From an uncultured Ignavibacterium sp. (GTDB lineage: Bacteria; Bacteroidota; Ignavibacteria; Ch128b): 64,000 nt of DNA. The notes under the pieces are model-generated. The model did not search any database and was not told where the DNA came from. It saw only the letters and a program-made list of their open reading frames with translations. The DNA is taken from contig CAYVTW010000011.1 in the NCBI GenBank assembly GCA_964454895.1, positions 8,264 through 72,263 of the forward strand. The letters are read 5' to 3'. This document shows, one piece after another, positions 26,004 through 34,584 of the stretch (its first letter is position 1; every line of letters starts with the position of its first letter). Both the position numbers and the translations under genes were made by a program.

Positions 26004-27611
26004 TTATTGAATGTATTGCTGCAAAAAATATTTCGTATTGATTGCTTCCTTGGTTGATATTTTAATTACATCTGACCAATGTAGTGAAGAACCGAACTTA
26101 AATAAATTATCAGTTAAATATTTTCCAATCTCTTTATTATTTATAAGAACATTTTGCCAAACATCATCAGAATTTAAAATATTCTTATGAAGAAATATGT
26201 TCAGTTGTGATGAAAAAATTTCTCCGAGTAAATAATTATGGTAATAACATGGCGAAGTGGCAATATGAATTTTAGTTGTCCAATCAGGTTTATTACGATT
26301 ATCAGGCTTATTCAAATGAAGATATTTTTTGTGTAAATCCCACCAGAATGAATTCAAATCTTGCTCTGGATTTTCATATAAATTTTTTTCGAAGCGATAC
26401 ATTACAAAAACCCACCGTGCAAAGATTATCTGATTCATTTTTGTGAATTCTATCGCTTTGTTTCTAATGTTTTCGATTTCATTATCATTTAAGTTTAAAA
26501 TTTCTCTTATCCAAACTGGATGGTGTGCAAATTTTCCAAATAACATCGCAATTGCTTCGGTTACGAAAATATGAGCAGCATCTCTAAGGATGAAAGGAAG
26601 TGATTGATCAATAAACTTATCATAAACTGCATGACCATACTCATGCAATAATGTACCCATCCAATCAACATTAGATTTTACATTACAGAGGACACGAATA
26701 TCACTTGCTCTGTCTATACTAATACAAAATGCATGTTGATTTTTACCGGACCTTTCAAATAAATCACTTTTCTCGATCAAATCATCAATATCAAGTCCAA
26801 TGCTTTCAAAATAAACTCTCGTAATCTCTACTAAATTTTTGTCATGATAGTATTTATCAAAATCAAGAGAATACTGTGGTGGAGCCTCTTGAAAGAATCT
26901 TTGTTGATAATGCCATGGCATTAAATCTTTTTTATCTACTTTATATCTCTCAGATAAATCTTCATCAATTTTATTTTTAACCACAGAAAATTGTTGATCT
27001 GTTTGAATCTCTAATTCTGCAAAGATTCTATCTATTTCATCAGGTTCAAGTTCAGATAGAAGCAAACTCATCTCGTGATAATTTTTATAACCGAGATATT
27101 TAGCTTGCTCGTTTCTAAGTTTTGCTAGATGAGTCAGATCATTAACAATTAAATCTCCAATTTCTTTGCTTGCTTCCCAAACTTGCTGAAGAACGATTGA
27201 GTTAGTTTCGGTCTTTAAGATGTCATCTACTTCGTTATCGGTTAAGATTCTTCCATTGAATTTTGCTCGAAAAGAAGTAAAAACATTCTCAATTTTATTT
27301 TGAAGGTTCGTAATTTCTTCAAGCTTCTTATAATCATATTGATTTGGAAGGAATTCATTATATAATATTTTGATTTGTCTTTGAGTTAATTGATCAAATT
27401 CCGAAATGTTTGAATAAAGTTTTTGAATTTCTTCAAAATTCTTTCTATTACGAAAAAGTTTAATTAATTCTAATTGATATTTCGTGACCTCATTCCAATT
27501 TTCTTCAGTGCTATTTACCGAAGCATTCCAATATGCTTGGGAGCTTCTTATAAAAATTTCTCTGAACTCTTCTTCAAATGAATCTAAAAATTTTGGCTTT
27601 GTGTTTTTCAT
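26004..27611 (-). CDS. M2-family (angiotensin-converting-enzyme-like) zinc metallopeptidase, cytoplasmic/peri-form
   Basis: Zinc motif LLHEYGHAVY plus downstream third-ligand block FVTEAIAM (ACE: HHEMGH ... HEAIGD); N-terminal AYWNASVNSTEENWNEV resembles ACE/ACE2 'ASWNYNTNITEEN'. 535 aa. Confidence 0.55.
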   Translation of the reverse strand: MKNTKPKFLDSFEEEFREIFIRSSQAYWNASVNSTEENWNEVTKYQLELIKLFRNRKNFEEIQKLYSNISEFDQLTQRQIKILYNEFLPNQYDYKKLEEITNLQNKIENVFTSFRAKFNGRILTDNEVDDILKTETNSIVLQQVWEASKEIGDLIVNDLTHLAKLRNEQAKYLGYKNYHEMSLLLSELEPDEIDRIFAELEIQTDQQFSVVKNKIDEDLSERYKVDKKDLMPWHYQQRFFQEAPPQYSLDFDKYYHDKNLVEITRVYFESIGLDIDDLIEKSDLFERSGKNQHAFCISIDRASDIRVLCNVKSNVDWMGTLLHEYGHAVYDKFIDQSLPFILRDAAHIFVTEAIAMLFGKFAHHPVWIREILNLNDNEIENIRNKAIEFTKMNQIIFARWVFVMYRFEKNLYENPEQDLNSFWWDLHKKYLHLNKPDNRNKPDWTTKIHIATSPCYYHNYLLGEIFSSQLNIFLHKNILNSDDVWQNVLINNKEIGKYLTDNLFKFGSSLHWSDVIKISTKEAINTKYFLQQYIQ

Positions 27612-27811
27612 AGATTTTATAATTCCTATTGGAAAGTAAAATAATTTAGAGCCAAATTTTCTTCAATCACCATCTTTAGTGCTCGTGAAATAAAAATTTT
27701 AATCATCATCTTTCAAACAAACTCATTTTTCTACAAAATGATGGCTCATTAAAAGGATTAGCTAAATATAGAATGAATTAAATTAATTTTTATTTGTACA
27801 CAGTTATAAAG

Positions 27812-28609
27812 TTATTTATTGAGTTTTTTATATAACTCAGCTTGCATTTCGGCAGCAATGCTTAATGCAATCTCTTGGGGAGTCTCACCACCAATATCCA
27901 GTCCAATTGGTGAGTGTAAGTTTGATAGATCGACATCACCGAAAACTTCTCGAATCTGATTTTTTAATTTTTGTGCTTTTGATTTTGAAGCAATTACACC
28001 GATATATCTTACTCTCAAATTACGAGCATAGATTTGTTCAATCACATCAAAATCATGACTGTGTCCATGCGTCATTACTACAATAAAAGCATCTTCAGGC
28101 GGATTGAATGAATAAGCATATTCTGAATAATCAGACAAAATGATTTCATCTGCGAAAGGATTCGTTTCTTTGTTCGCAAATTCCGCTCGATTGTCAATTA
28201 AAATCTTATGAAAATTCAAAAGACTTAATTGTTTTAGTAACGCTTGACCAACATGACCTCCACCAAATACATAAACAACTGGTTTATTACCAAATACCTC
28301 GTAATATATCCAACATCGTCCACTGCAACTCATACTTAAAACTTTTGCTTGATCTTGAATTGGAGCATCACCGGAGAGAAGATATTCGACGATACCACTT
28401 CCCCTTGTTTTCATCCTTCGGATTGCTTCGAATATTACTTCTCTTTCTATTTCACCTCCACCAATTGTTCCATAGGTAGTATTCTCGTTTTCAACTATCA
28501 TCTTAAATCCAACTTTTCCTGGAGTAGAACCTTCAGTTTTTACGACTGTTGTCAATACAAAAGGTTTGTTATGTCGTACTAATTCAGCAGCTTTTTCAAA
28601 GATGTTCAT
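27812..28609 (-). CDS. XdhC/CoxI-family molybdenum-hydroxylase accessory (cofactor-insertion) protein
   Basis: N-terminal XdhC_CoxI block FVLTTVVKTEGSTPGKVGFKM...IGGGEIE and C-terminal Rossmann-like block VYVFGGGHVGQAL...HGHSHDFDV...SPIGLDIGGETPQEIALSIAAEM. Confidence 0.7.
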   Translation of the reverse strand: MNIFEKAAELVRHNKPFVLTTVVKTEGSTPGKVGFKMIVENENTTYGTIGGGEIEREVIFEAIRRMKTRGSGIVEYLLSGDAPIQDQAKVLSMSCSGRCWIYYEVFGNKPVVYVFGGGHVGQALLKQLSLLNFHKILIDNRAEFANKETNPFADEIILSDYSEYAYSFNPPEDAFIVVMTHGHSHDFDVIEQIYARNLRVRYIGVIASKSKAQKLKNQIREVFGDVDLSNLHSPIGLDIGGETPQEIALSIAAEMQAELYKKLNK

Positions 28610-28611
28610 TT

Positions 28612-29400
28612 TTACAATTCCTTTAATAGTTTATCGTAATCTTCTTTTGTGTCTATATCTTGATGAATTTCGGGATATTGGCATTCCCAGATTTTTTGTC
28701 TAATTGAAATTTTCCTTCGAAATTCTCTAAGGTTCGAATCAATTTCTTCAAAAAGAATTTTATCAACTAACCTATTACTGATTAAAATCGGATGCCCAAG
28801 TTTGTTTAAGTAAGATGGTTGTAACCAATCTATGTCTTTTTCTATTTGACTTATGAATTCCAGATAAAAACTTTTTGGCAATGATGGTTGATCAACTTGA
28901 TGAATTAAAATAAAATCAAATTCATTTCCTTTAGAATGATCAATACTGTGCGATCTATTACTTTCGTCGACTTGTTTTTTTGAATTGCTTCCAATCAAGG
29001 GATCAAATATAATTTCATCATCAAATTTATTAGAAGTTTCATTTCTCGAACCAAAAGAAAAGAGGGCTTGAGAAGTAAAAGTTTCTAACGATTTGATTTT
29101 TGCAAGTCCACATTGAAGAGAGCTAAACATTCCACTTTCATAATTTCGATTTATTTCGATCAACAAATTTTCATGAAGATGTTTCAATTTCTCATCACTC
29201 GATAATTTTAATTTCATATATTCCCCATCAAAACCAAAGACAACGACAATCTTCTCACACACTTCACATAGTTTTATTACCAATTCAGAAATAAATGTAT
29301 GTTCGTTAATTTTCAGAAAAGCTTTTGGTTCACCAATTCTTCCGGATTTCCCAGCTGCTAAAATCAATCCAACAATCTTAATTTTTTTCAACGAGTTCAT
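28612..29400 (-). CDS. MobA-like NTP transferase, MocA/YgfJ-type (molybdenum cofactor cytidylyltransferase-like) with about 50-aa internal insertion
   Basis: GLILAAGKSGRIGEPKAFL (nucleotide-binding loop), ILIHQVDQPSLP and GHPILISNRL (MocA/YgfJ motifs); low-complexity insertion FSFGSRNETSNKFDDEIIFDPLIGSNSKKQVDESNRSHSIDHSKGNEFDF precedes the DQP motif. Confidence 0.6.
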   Translation of the reverse strand: MNSLKKIKIVGLILAAGKSGRIGEPKAFLKINEHTFISELVIKLCEVCEKIVVVFGFDGEYMKLKLSSDEKLKHLHENLLIEINRNYESGMFSSLQCGLAKIKSLETFTSQALFSFGSRNETSNKFDDEIIFDPLIGSNSKKQVDESNRSHSIDHSKGNEFDFILIHQVDQPSLPKSFYLEFISQIEKDIDWLQPSYLNKLGHPILISNRLVDKILFEEIDSNLREFRRKISIRQKIWECQYPEIHQDIDTKEDYDKLLKEL

Positions 29401-30655
29401 TCATCCAATCTTCATATTTTTTTAAGACAGGGGATTTGTTCCAATACATTAATGATTGTGTATCTTTTAAACCATTTCCTGTAAACATTAATAGGTTAGT
29501 TTCTTCGTTCTCAATCATTCCATTATTAAGTGCTTTCTTAAGTCCTGCAAATGCAGATGCCGAAGAGGGCTCAATAAAAATTCCATAATTCTGAATTACT
29601 TCTCTTTGAGCAAAAAGAATATCCTCATCACTTACTTCAATTGCAAATCCTTTACTTGTTGTAATCGCCTCATCAGCCATGTAAAGATTTCTTGGTGCAG
29701 CTGCGCAAATGCTATCGGCAACTGTTTCTGCCGGTTGGAATTCAAAGACTTTCTTTTTGAAAAATCTTACAACTGCATTACTACCACTTGATTGAACTGC
29801 GATTAATCTTGGCAATTTTTCAATTAACTCGAGCTCTAACAATTCTGAAAATCCCTTATACAAACCACCAATAATTACTCCATCTCCAACGGGCACAAAA
29901 ATATTTTCTGGAATTTTTCCATTAAATGAAATGAAGATATCATAAGCACCAGATTTCTTTCCTTCGATTGTTAACGGATTATATGCAGTGTTTCGGTTGA
30001 ACCATTTCTTTTTAGCAGAGACTTCGAGACACAAATCGAAAGCATCATCATAACTTCCATCAACAATGAAAAGATTTGCACCATAAGCTTGTATTTGAAT
30101 TCGTTTCGATTCAGGAATATTCTTCGGAACAAAAATATTTGATGATAATCCAAACCGTGCACAAATCCCAGCGATAGACGAACCAGCGTTACCAGTTGAT
30201 GCCGCAGAAATATTTTTAATACCGAGTTGAATTGCTTTTAAGGCTACAAGAATGCTTGCTCTATCTTTGTAGGAGAAAGTTGGATTTCTTGTTTCATCGA
30301 AAGCATAAAGTTTGATATGATTATAATCTAATTTAACTAAAGGATTTGAGTTTAGTGATAAACTTTCGAGGTTATCCTCGGGGATCAATGGATATTTGTT
30401 ATTGTCGTAATTGTAAGCAAGTGGTAGTAATTCAGGAAGCTGCCAAATTTTACCGCATTGAGAACCAAGAATTTTTTCTCTTATATTATTTCTTTTAATC
30501 AGATTATAGTCATACTTAATTCTTAAAACACCTTTGAGTGGTTGATTTCTCTCAGCCTTACCACAAGCTGGACAAAGATAAATTAATTCACTTTCGATCT
30601 TATATGCTGGAAATTCCTTTTTACATTCCGAACAGAAATAATAATAATGGCTCAT
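29378..30655 (-). CDS. PLP-dependent fold-type-II enzyme, threonine-synthase-like, with N-terminal Cys4 zinc ribbon
   Basis: N-terminal CSEC...(16)...CPAC zinc ribbon; PLP-lysine region FSYKDRASILVAL; glycine-rich loops STGNAGSSIA and PVGDGVIIGG typical of TrpB/ThrC/CysK superfamily; 425 aa. Confidence 0.55.
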   Translation of the reverse strand: MSHYYYFCSECKKEFPAYKIESELIYLCPACGKAERNQPLKGVLRIKYDYNLIKRNNIREKILGSQCGKIWQLPELLPLAYNYDNNKYPLIPEDNLESLSLNSNPLVKLDYNHIKLYAFDETRNPTFSYKDRASILVALKAIQLGIKNISAASTGNAGSSIAGICARFGLSSNIFVPKNIPESKRIQIQAYGANLFIVDGSYDDAFDLCLEVSAKKKWFNRNTAYNPLTIEGKKSGAYDIFISFNGKIPENIFVPVGDGVIIGGLYKGFSELLELELIEKLPRLIAVQSSGSNAVVRFFKKKVFEFQPAETVADSICAAAPRNLYMADEAITTSKGFAIEVSDEDILFAQREVIQNYGIFIEPSSASAFAGLKKALNNGMIENEETNLLMFTGNGLKDTQSLMYWNKSPVLKKYEDWMNELVEKN

Positions 30656-30672
30656 ATAAAGATTAGTATTTG

Positions 30673-32172
30673 TTATTGATAGAATTTCTCAGAAAAAATA
30701 TTTCCACGATTTATTATCAAGTTAGGATCAAAAACTTTTTTAATTTCAAACATTTTCTTCAGCACATTTTCGGGATACATCAATTCAAAATATTGTCTTT
30801 TCAATTTTCCAATTCCATGCTCGGCTGAAATTGTTCCACCAAACTCAATGGCTTTCATACAAAAATCACGATATAATTCAATTGCAATCTCATTTTGTTC
30901 TTTATCTAAGGGAAGCATATTGAAATGTAGATGATTATTCCCAATATGTCCGTATCCAACATAATCAATCGAATTTTTTACACATTCATCACAACAATAA
31001 TGATAAAAATTTCTGAAATGCTTCGAAGGAACCGCGATGTCTGTCCCAACTTTTCGTAAATCATTTCTTGAAATGTATTCATTCACTAAAGCTGAGATTG
31101 AATGGCGGAACTCTTTTATATCATTTATTTCCTTCTCATTAAATGCAAACCAGATTTCATTAAGATTACCTTTGCAAATTGATATTAACTCAAAAATTTG
31201 GTCAAGTAATCTTTCTTTATAGGAAAAATCTTCTGAAGTACTTGAGGTATGATTGTAAATCTCTTGCTCGAACCAGATTGCAAATTTTTTGTCTTTTACT
31301 TTTGGAAATTTTGAGGAAAGAAAAATTAAAGCTCTATCATCAAAAAATTCTAGTGCTCTAGGTGAAATTATATCAAATTTTTTATCTTTTTCTCTTAATC
31401 TCGAGATAGAAACAAATTCAAAAGCATCTTCAAAAGAATCGAAGAAAACGACCATTGAAATTATTTCATCAGGTTCATCTAAAAGCTTTAATTCAGCTTC
31501 TAAAATTATTCCAAGAGTTCCTTCTGATCCTATAAATAAATCAATCAAATCCATATTTGGTTGAATATAATATCCAGCAGCATTTTTAACTTCTGGTATT
31601 TTAATATTAGGTAACTGTATAGAATAAGTCTTGCCCGATTTAGTTTTAATCCTAAATTTCAGTCCATCAGCAAAAATCTCACCTCGTTTCAAGTCTAAAA
31701 TATCGCCATCGGGTAAAAGGACTTTTATCGCATGTATCCAATTTCGTGTAGGGCCATACTTTAATGTTCTCGCACCAGATGCATTAGTAGCAACAGTTCC
31801 ACCAATTGAACAATTTTTTTCCGTTGGATCAGGTGGATAAAATAGTCTGAATTCTCGTAAATAATTTTGCAATACATTTAATGAAACAAAGGCTTGAACT
31901 CTAATATTTTTCGAGTTTATATCAAAAGATAAAATTTTATCAAACTTTTCCAGTGAAATAACAACTCCACCATCTGGAACTCTCCCACCTACAAGTCCAG
32001 TCCCCGCACCCGAAATTGTTACTGGTATTTTACTTTCATTTACGTATTTAATTAGTTCGACTAACTCTTCATAATTTTCTGGAATGTAAAGAGCTTCACA
32101 ACCACTACTCTTAAAGTTCGATGCATCCGTAAGATAATTTTGTATTAAATCTTTTTCTGTTTTAATAATCAT
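30673..32172 (-). CDS. FAD-linked oxidase (GlcD / D-lactate dehydrogenase family; FAD_binding_4 + FAD-oxidase C-terminal domain)
   Basis: PCMH-type FAD domain PVTISGAGTGLVGGRVP, ...CSIGGTVATNASGAR...; C-terminal oxidase domain; 499 aa. Confidence 0.75.
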   Translation of the reverse strand: MIIKTEKDLIQNYLTDASNFKSSGCEALYIPENYEELVELIKYVNESKIPVTISGAGTGLVGGRVPDGGVVISLEKFDKILSFDINSKNIRVQAFVSLNVLQNYLREFRLFYPPDPTEKNCSIGGTVATNASGARTLKYGPTRNWIHAIKVLLPDGDILDLKRGEIFADGLKFRIKTKSGKTYSIQLPNIKIPEVKNAAGYYIQPNMDLIDLFIGSEGTLGIILEAELKLLDEPDEIISMVVFFDSFEDAFEFVSISRLREKDKKFDIISPRALEFFDDRALIFLSSKFPKVKDKKFAIWFEQEIYNHTSSTSEDFSYKERLLDQIFELISICKGNLNEIWFAFNEKEINDIKEFRHSISALVNEYISRNDLRKVGTDIAVPSKHFRNFYHYCCDECVKNSIDYVGYGHIGNNHLHFNMLPLDKEQNEIAIELYRDFCMKAIEFGGTISAEHGIGKLKRQYFELMYPENVLKKMFEIKKVFDPNLIINRGNIFSEKFYQ

Positions 32173-32225
32173 CAGTAATAGATAAATTAAAATTGCTATT
32201 TCAAATTAAAAAATAATTTTTAAGA

Positions 32226-34454
32226 ATGACAGAAAGAATTCTATTTATCCTATTTTTTACTTTTCATCAGTTAATATTTTCTCAACAATTATTCATATAC
32301 ACGGATTCTTTAATGAAAAGGAATTGGCATGCTAACCATTCGTGGCAAACGGAATTTAATTTCAAAAATCAATCACAAAAATATTTAGGCACAAACTCAA
32401 TTTCAGTTAGATATAAAACCGGTTACGCAGGGTTTGTTCTCTTTATGGCGAATTTAAACATATCTGGTTATGATACATTGGTTTTCTGGGTTAATGGTGG
32501 TAGTGGAGGAGGACAATCGTTTTGGATTAAAGTTTCTTTTGATGGAAAAACTTTCTCTCAAGGAAAAAACTCTTCTGATTATGTTAACATCGAAGCAAAT
32601 AAATGGAAACAAGTAAAAATTCCACTTCAAGATTTAATGGAGGGAAATTTTTATATCGTCTCACTTTTATTTCAAGAAAACAAAGGATATGGTCAATACG
32701 AATTTTTCATTGACGAAATTTATCTAAACTCAATTCAAGGCAATCCCAAAATTCTCGATACTAAAATCTCAAGCTACAATTTCTATCCAGGGGATAAGAT
32801 TAAAATTAATTCTATAATTTCAGATCCAGAACATATGACCAATATCAAACAAGTTATTTTAGATTGTAGTCAAATATTTCCAGGACTTATAACTTCCCTC
32901 TCATATAAAAATGATTCAACTCCATTTCTATCGGTAATTGGAAAATTTGAAGGAGAAGTTCTTATTCCAGAAAATTCATCATACGGAGAAAAAAGAATTA
33001 CTCTAATCGCCGAAGATTTTTCTGGTAAAAAAGCATATCAGGAAATTTGGATTGGTGTAATGAAAAAAGATACCATACCAATTCCTTCGGGATTACCTAA
33101 ATATCTTGCAATTGGTACAGCAACCACTACTTCGAATCTTTCTTGGCAAACAAACAATGGAAACGAATGTTGGGATATGGGCTACCAATATATCACTTGG
33201 GGATGGTGGAACTGGCACTACGAATTTGTAAAACGATTTTGTGATGATGCTTATCGTAGAGGATATATACCCGTAATCCCTTTATATTTATTTCAAACTG
33301 CGCCTGAAGAATTTGGTTGTAGAGGAAGTGAATATGAAAAAATTTACTGTGCAATTAACAATCAGAATTTGATGAATGAGTTCTGGAAAAGATTTATTCA
33401 GATGTGTCAAGAAGCGAAAAGGAGTTTTGCTCAAAAAGTGATTTTTCACATCGAACCTGATATGCTCGGTTACTTGCAACAACGATGCATAAACGAAAAT
33501 AAAACTCCAGAACAAATTCCAGCGATTGTTAACGATCCAAAATATCCAAACAACTTAACTGGAATGCACCAACGGATGATTGATCTTGTCAGAGAACATT
33601 GCCCCAACAAAGGATTGATTGCATTTCACGCATCATTATGGGGAAATATTATTAGTCTAAAAGATAATGAAGAAAAAATTTTAGACATTGAAAATCTAGC
33701 ACAAAATACAGCAAATTTCTTGCTTCAATTAAGTCCAAACTTTGACTTAATTTTTATGGATTGGTCTGATAGAGATGCTGGTTATGATGAAATTTGGTGG
33801 GATAAAAATAATACTTCTGTTCCAAACTTTTCTCGTGTATTAATGTTTACAAACTATTTATCACATTTTACTCAAAAGAAAGTAATTTTATGGCAAATTC
33901 CGATTGGTAACGAAAACCTTCCTAATGTTTCAAATCAATATGCGGATAACCGATTAGATTATATTTTTGATTATCCCGTAGATATAGCAAAATCTGGAAT
34001 TATAGCTTTGTTATTTGGTGCAGGTATACCCAACATGACAACTCAGTTCACCGATGGTGGACATCTTAAAGCTCGAGCCATAGAATATTGTCAGAAAGGA
34101 AAAATAAATTTATATGATTTAGATAAGAGAGATACTATTTCACAAAGACCTCCAAAAGAAATTATTTTTTTCCAGAATTATCCTAATCCATTTTCAAGTT
34201 ATACCTATTTAAAGTTTGAATTACCGGAATTAGAAGATGAGATCAATCAGCTATCAAACTCTACAAATTTTTCCATCAAAATCTATAACATACTTGGAGA
34301 GTTTGTTGCAGAAATAACGAATGACCACTTTTCAGCAGGAAGACATGAAATTAAATTCCATCCAAATAGATTTAATCTATCGAGTGGAGTTTACTTTTTC
34401 GAATTGAATTATGGAAAGATGAAGAAAACGATTAAAGGAGTGGTTGTAAAGTAG
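32226..34454 (+). CDS. T9SS-sorted secreted protein, putative glycoside hydrolase (CBM-like N-terminal beta-sandwich + TIM-barrel-like core)
   Basis: Signal peptide; N-terminal beta-sandwich; central region rich in aromatic/acidic motifs (WDMGYQYITWGWWNWHYEF, VIFHIEPD, WQIPIGNENLPN) suggestive of a retaining GH; C-terminus FFQNYPNPFSSYTYLKFEL...GVYFFEL is a T9SS CTD. Enzyme family not assignable by eye. Confidence 0.45.
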   Translation: MTERILFILFFTFHQLIFSQQLFIYTDSLMKRNWHANHSWQTEFNFKNQSQKYLGTNSISVRYKTGYAGFVLFMANLNISGYDTLVFWVNGGSGGGQSFWIKVSFDGKTFSQGKNSSDYVNIEANKWKQVKIPLQDLMEGNFYIVSLLFQENKGYGQYEFFIDEIYLNSIQGNPKILDTKISSYNFYPGDKIKINSIISDPEHMTNIKQVILDCSQIFPGLITSLSYKNDSTPFLSVIGKFEGEVLIPENSSYGEKRITLIAEDFSGKKAYQEIWIGVMKKDTIPIPSGLPKYLAIGTATTTSNLSWQTNNGNECWDMGYQYITWGWWNWHYEFVKRFCDDAYRRGYIPVIPLYLFQTAPEEFGCRGSEYEKIYCAINNQNLMNEFWKRFIQMCQEAKRSFAQKVIFHIEPDMLGYLQQRCINENKTPEQIPAIVNDPKYPNNLTGMHQRMIDLVREHCPNKGLIAFHASLWGNIISLKDNEEKILDIENLAQNTANFLLQLSPNFDLIFMDWSDRDAGYDEIWWDKNNTSVPNFSRVLMFTNYLSHFTQKKVILWQIPIGNENLPNVSNQYADNRLDYIFDYPVDIAKSGIIALLFGAGIPNMTTQFTDGGHLKARAIEYCQKGKINLYDLDKRDTISQRPPKEIIFFQNYPNPFSSYTYLKFELPELEDEINQLSNSTNFSIKIYNILGEFVAEITNDHFSAGRHEIKFHPNRFNLSSGVYFFELNYGKMKKTIKGVVVK

Positions 34455-34584
34455 ACTTAACACAGGATAGCAACTTTAATTTTTATTGTAAGATATGATA
34501 CTAAAGGTTAATATTAATTCAATTATAATACTTTCTTTGTAAATCAAGTCTTATTGATGAAATAAAAACAAAATAAATTTTGAT

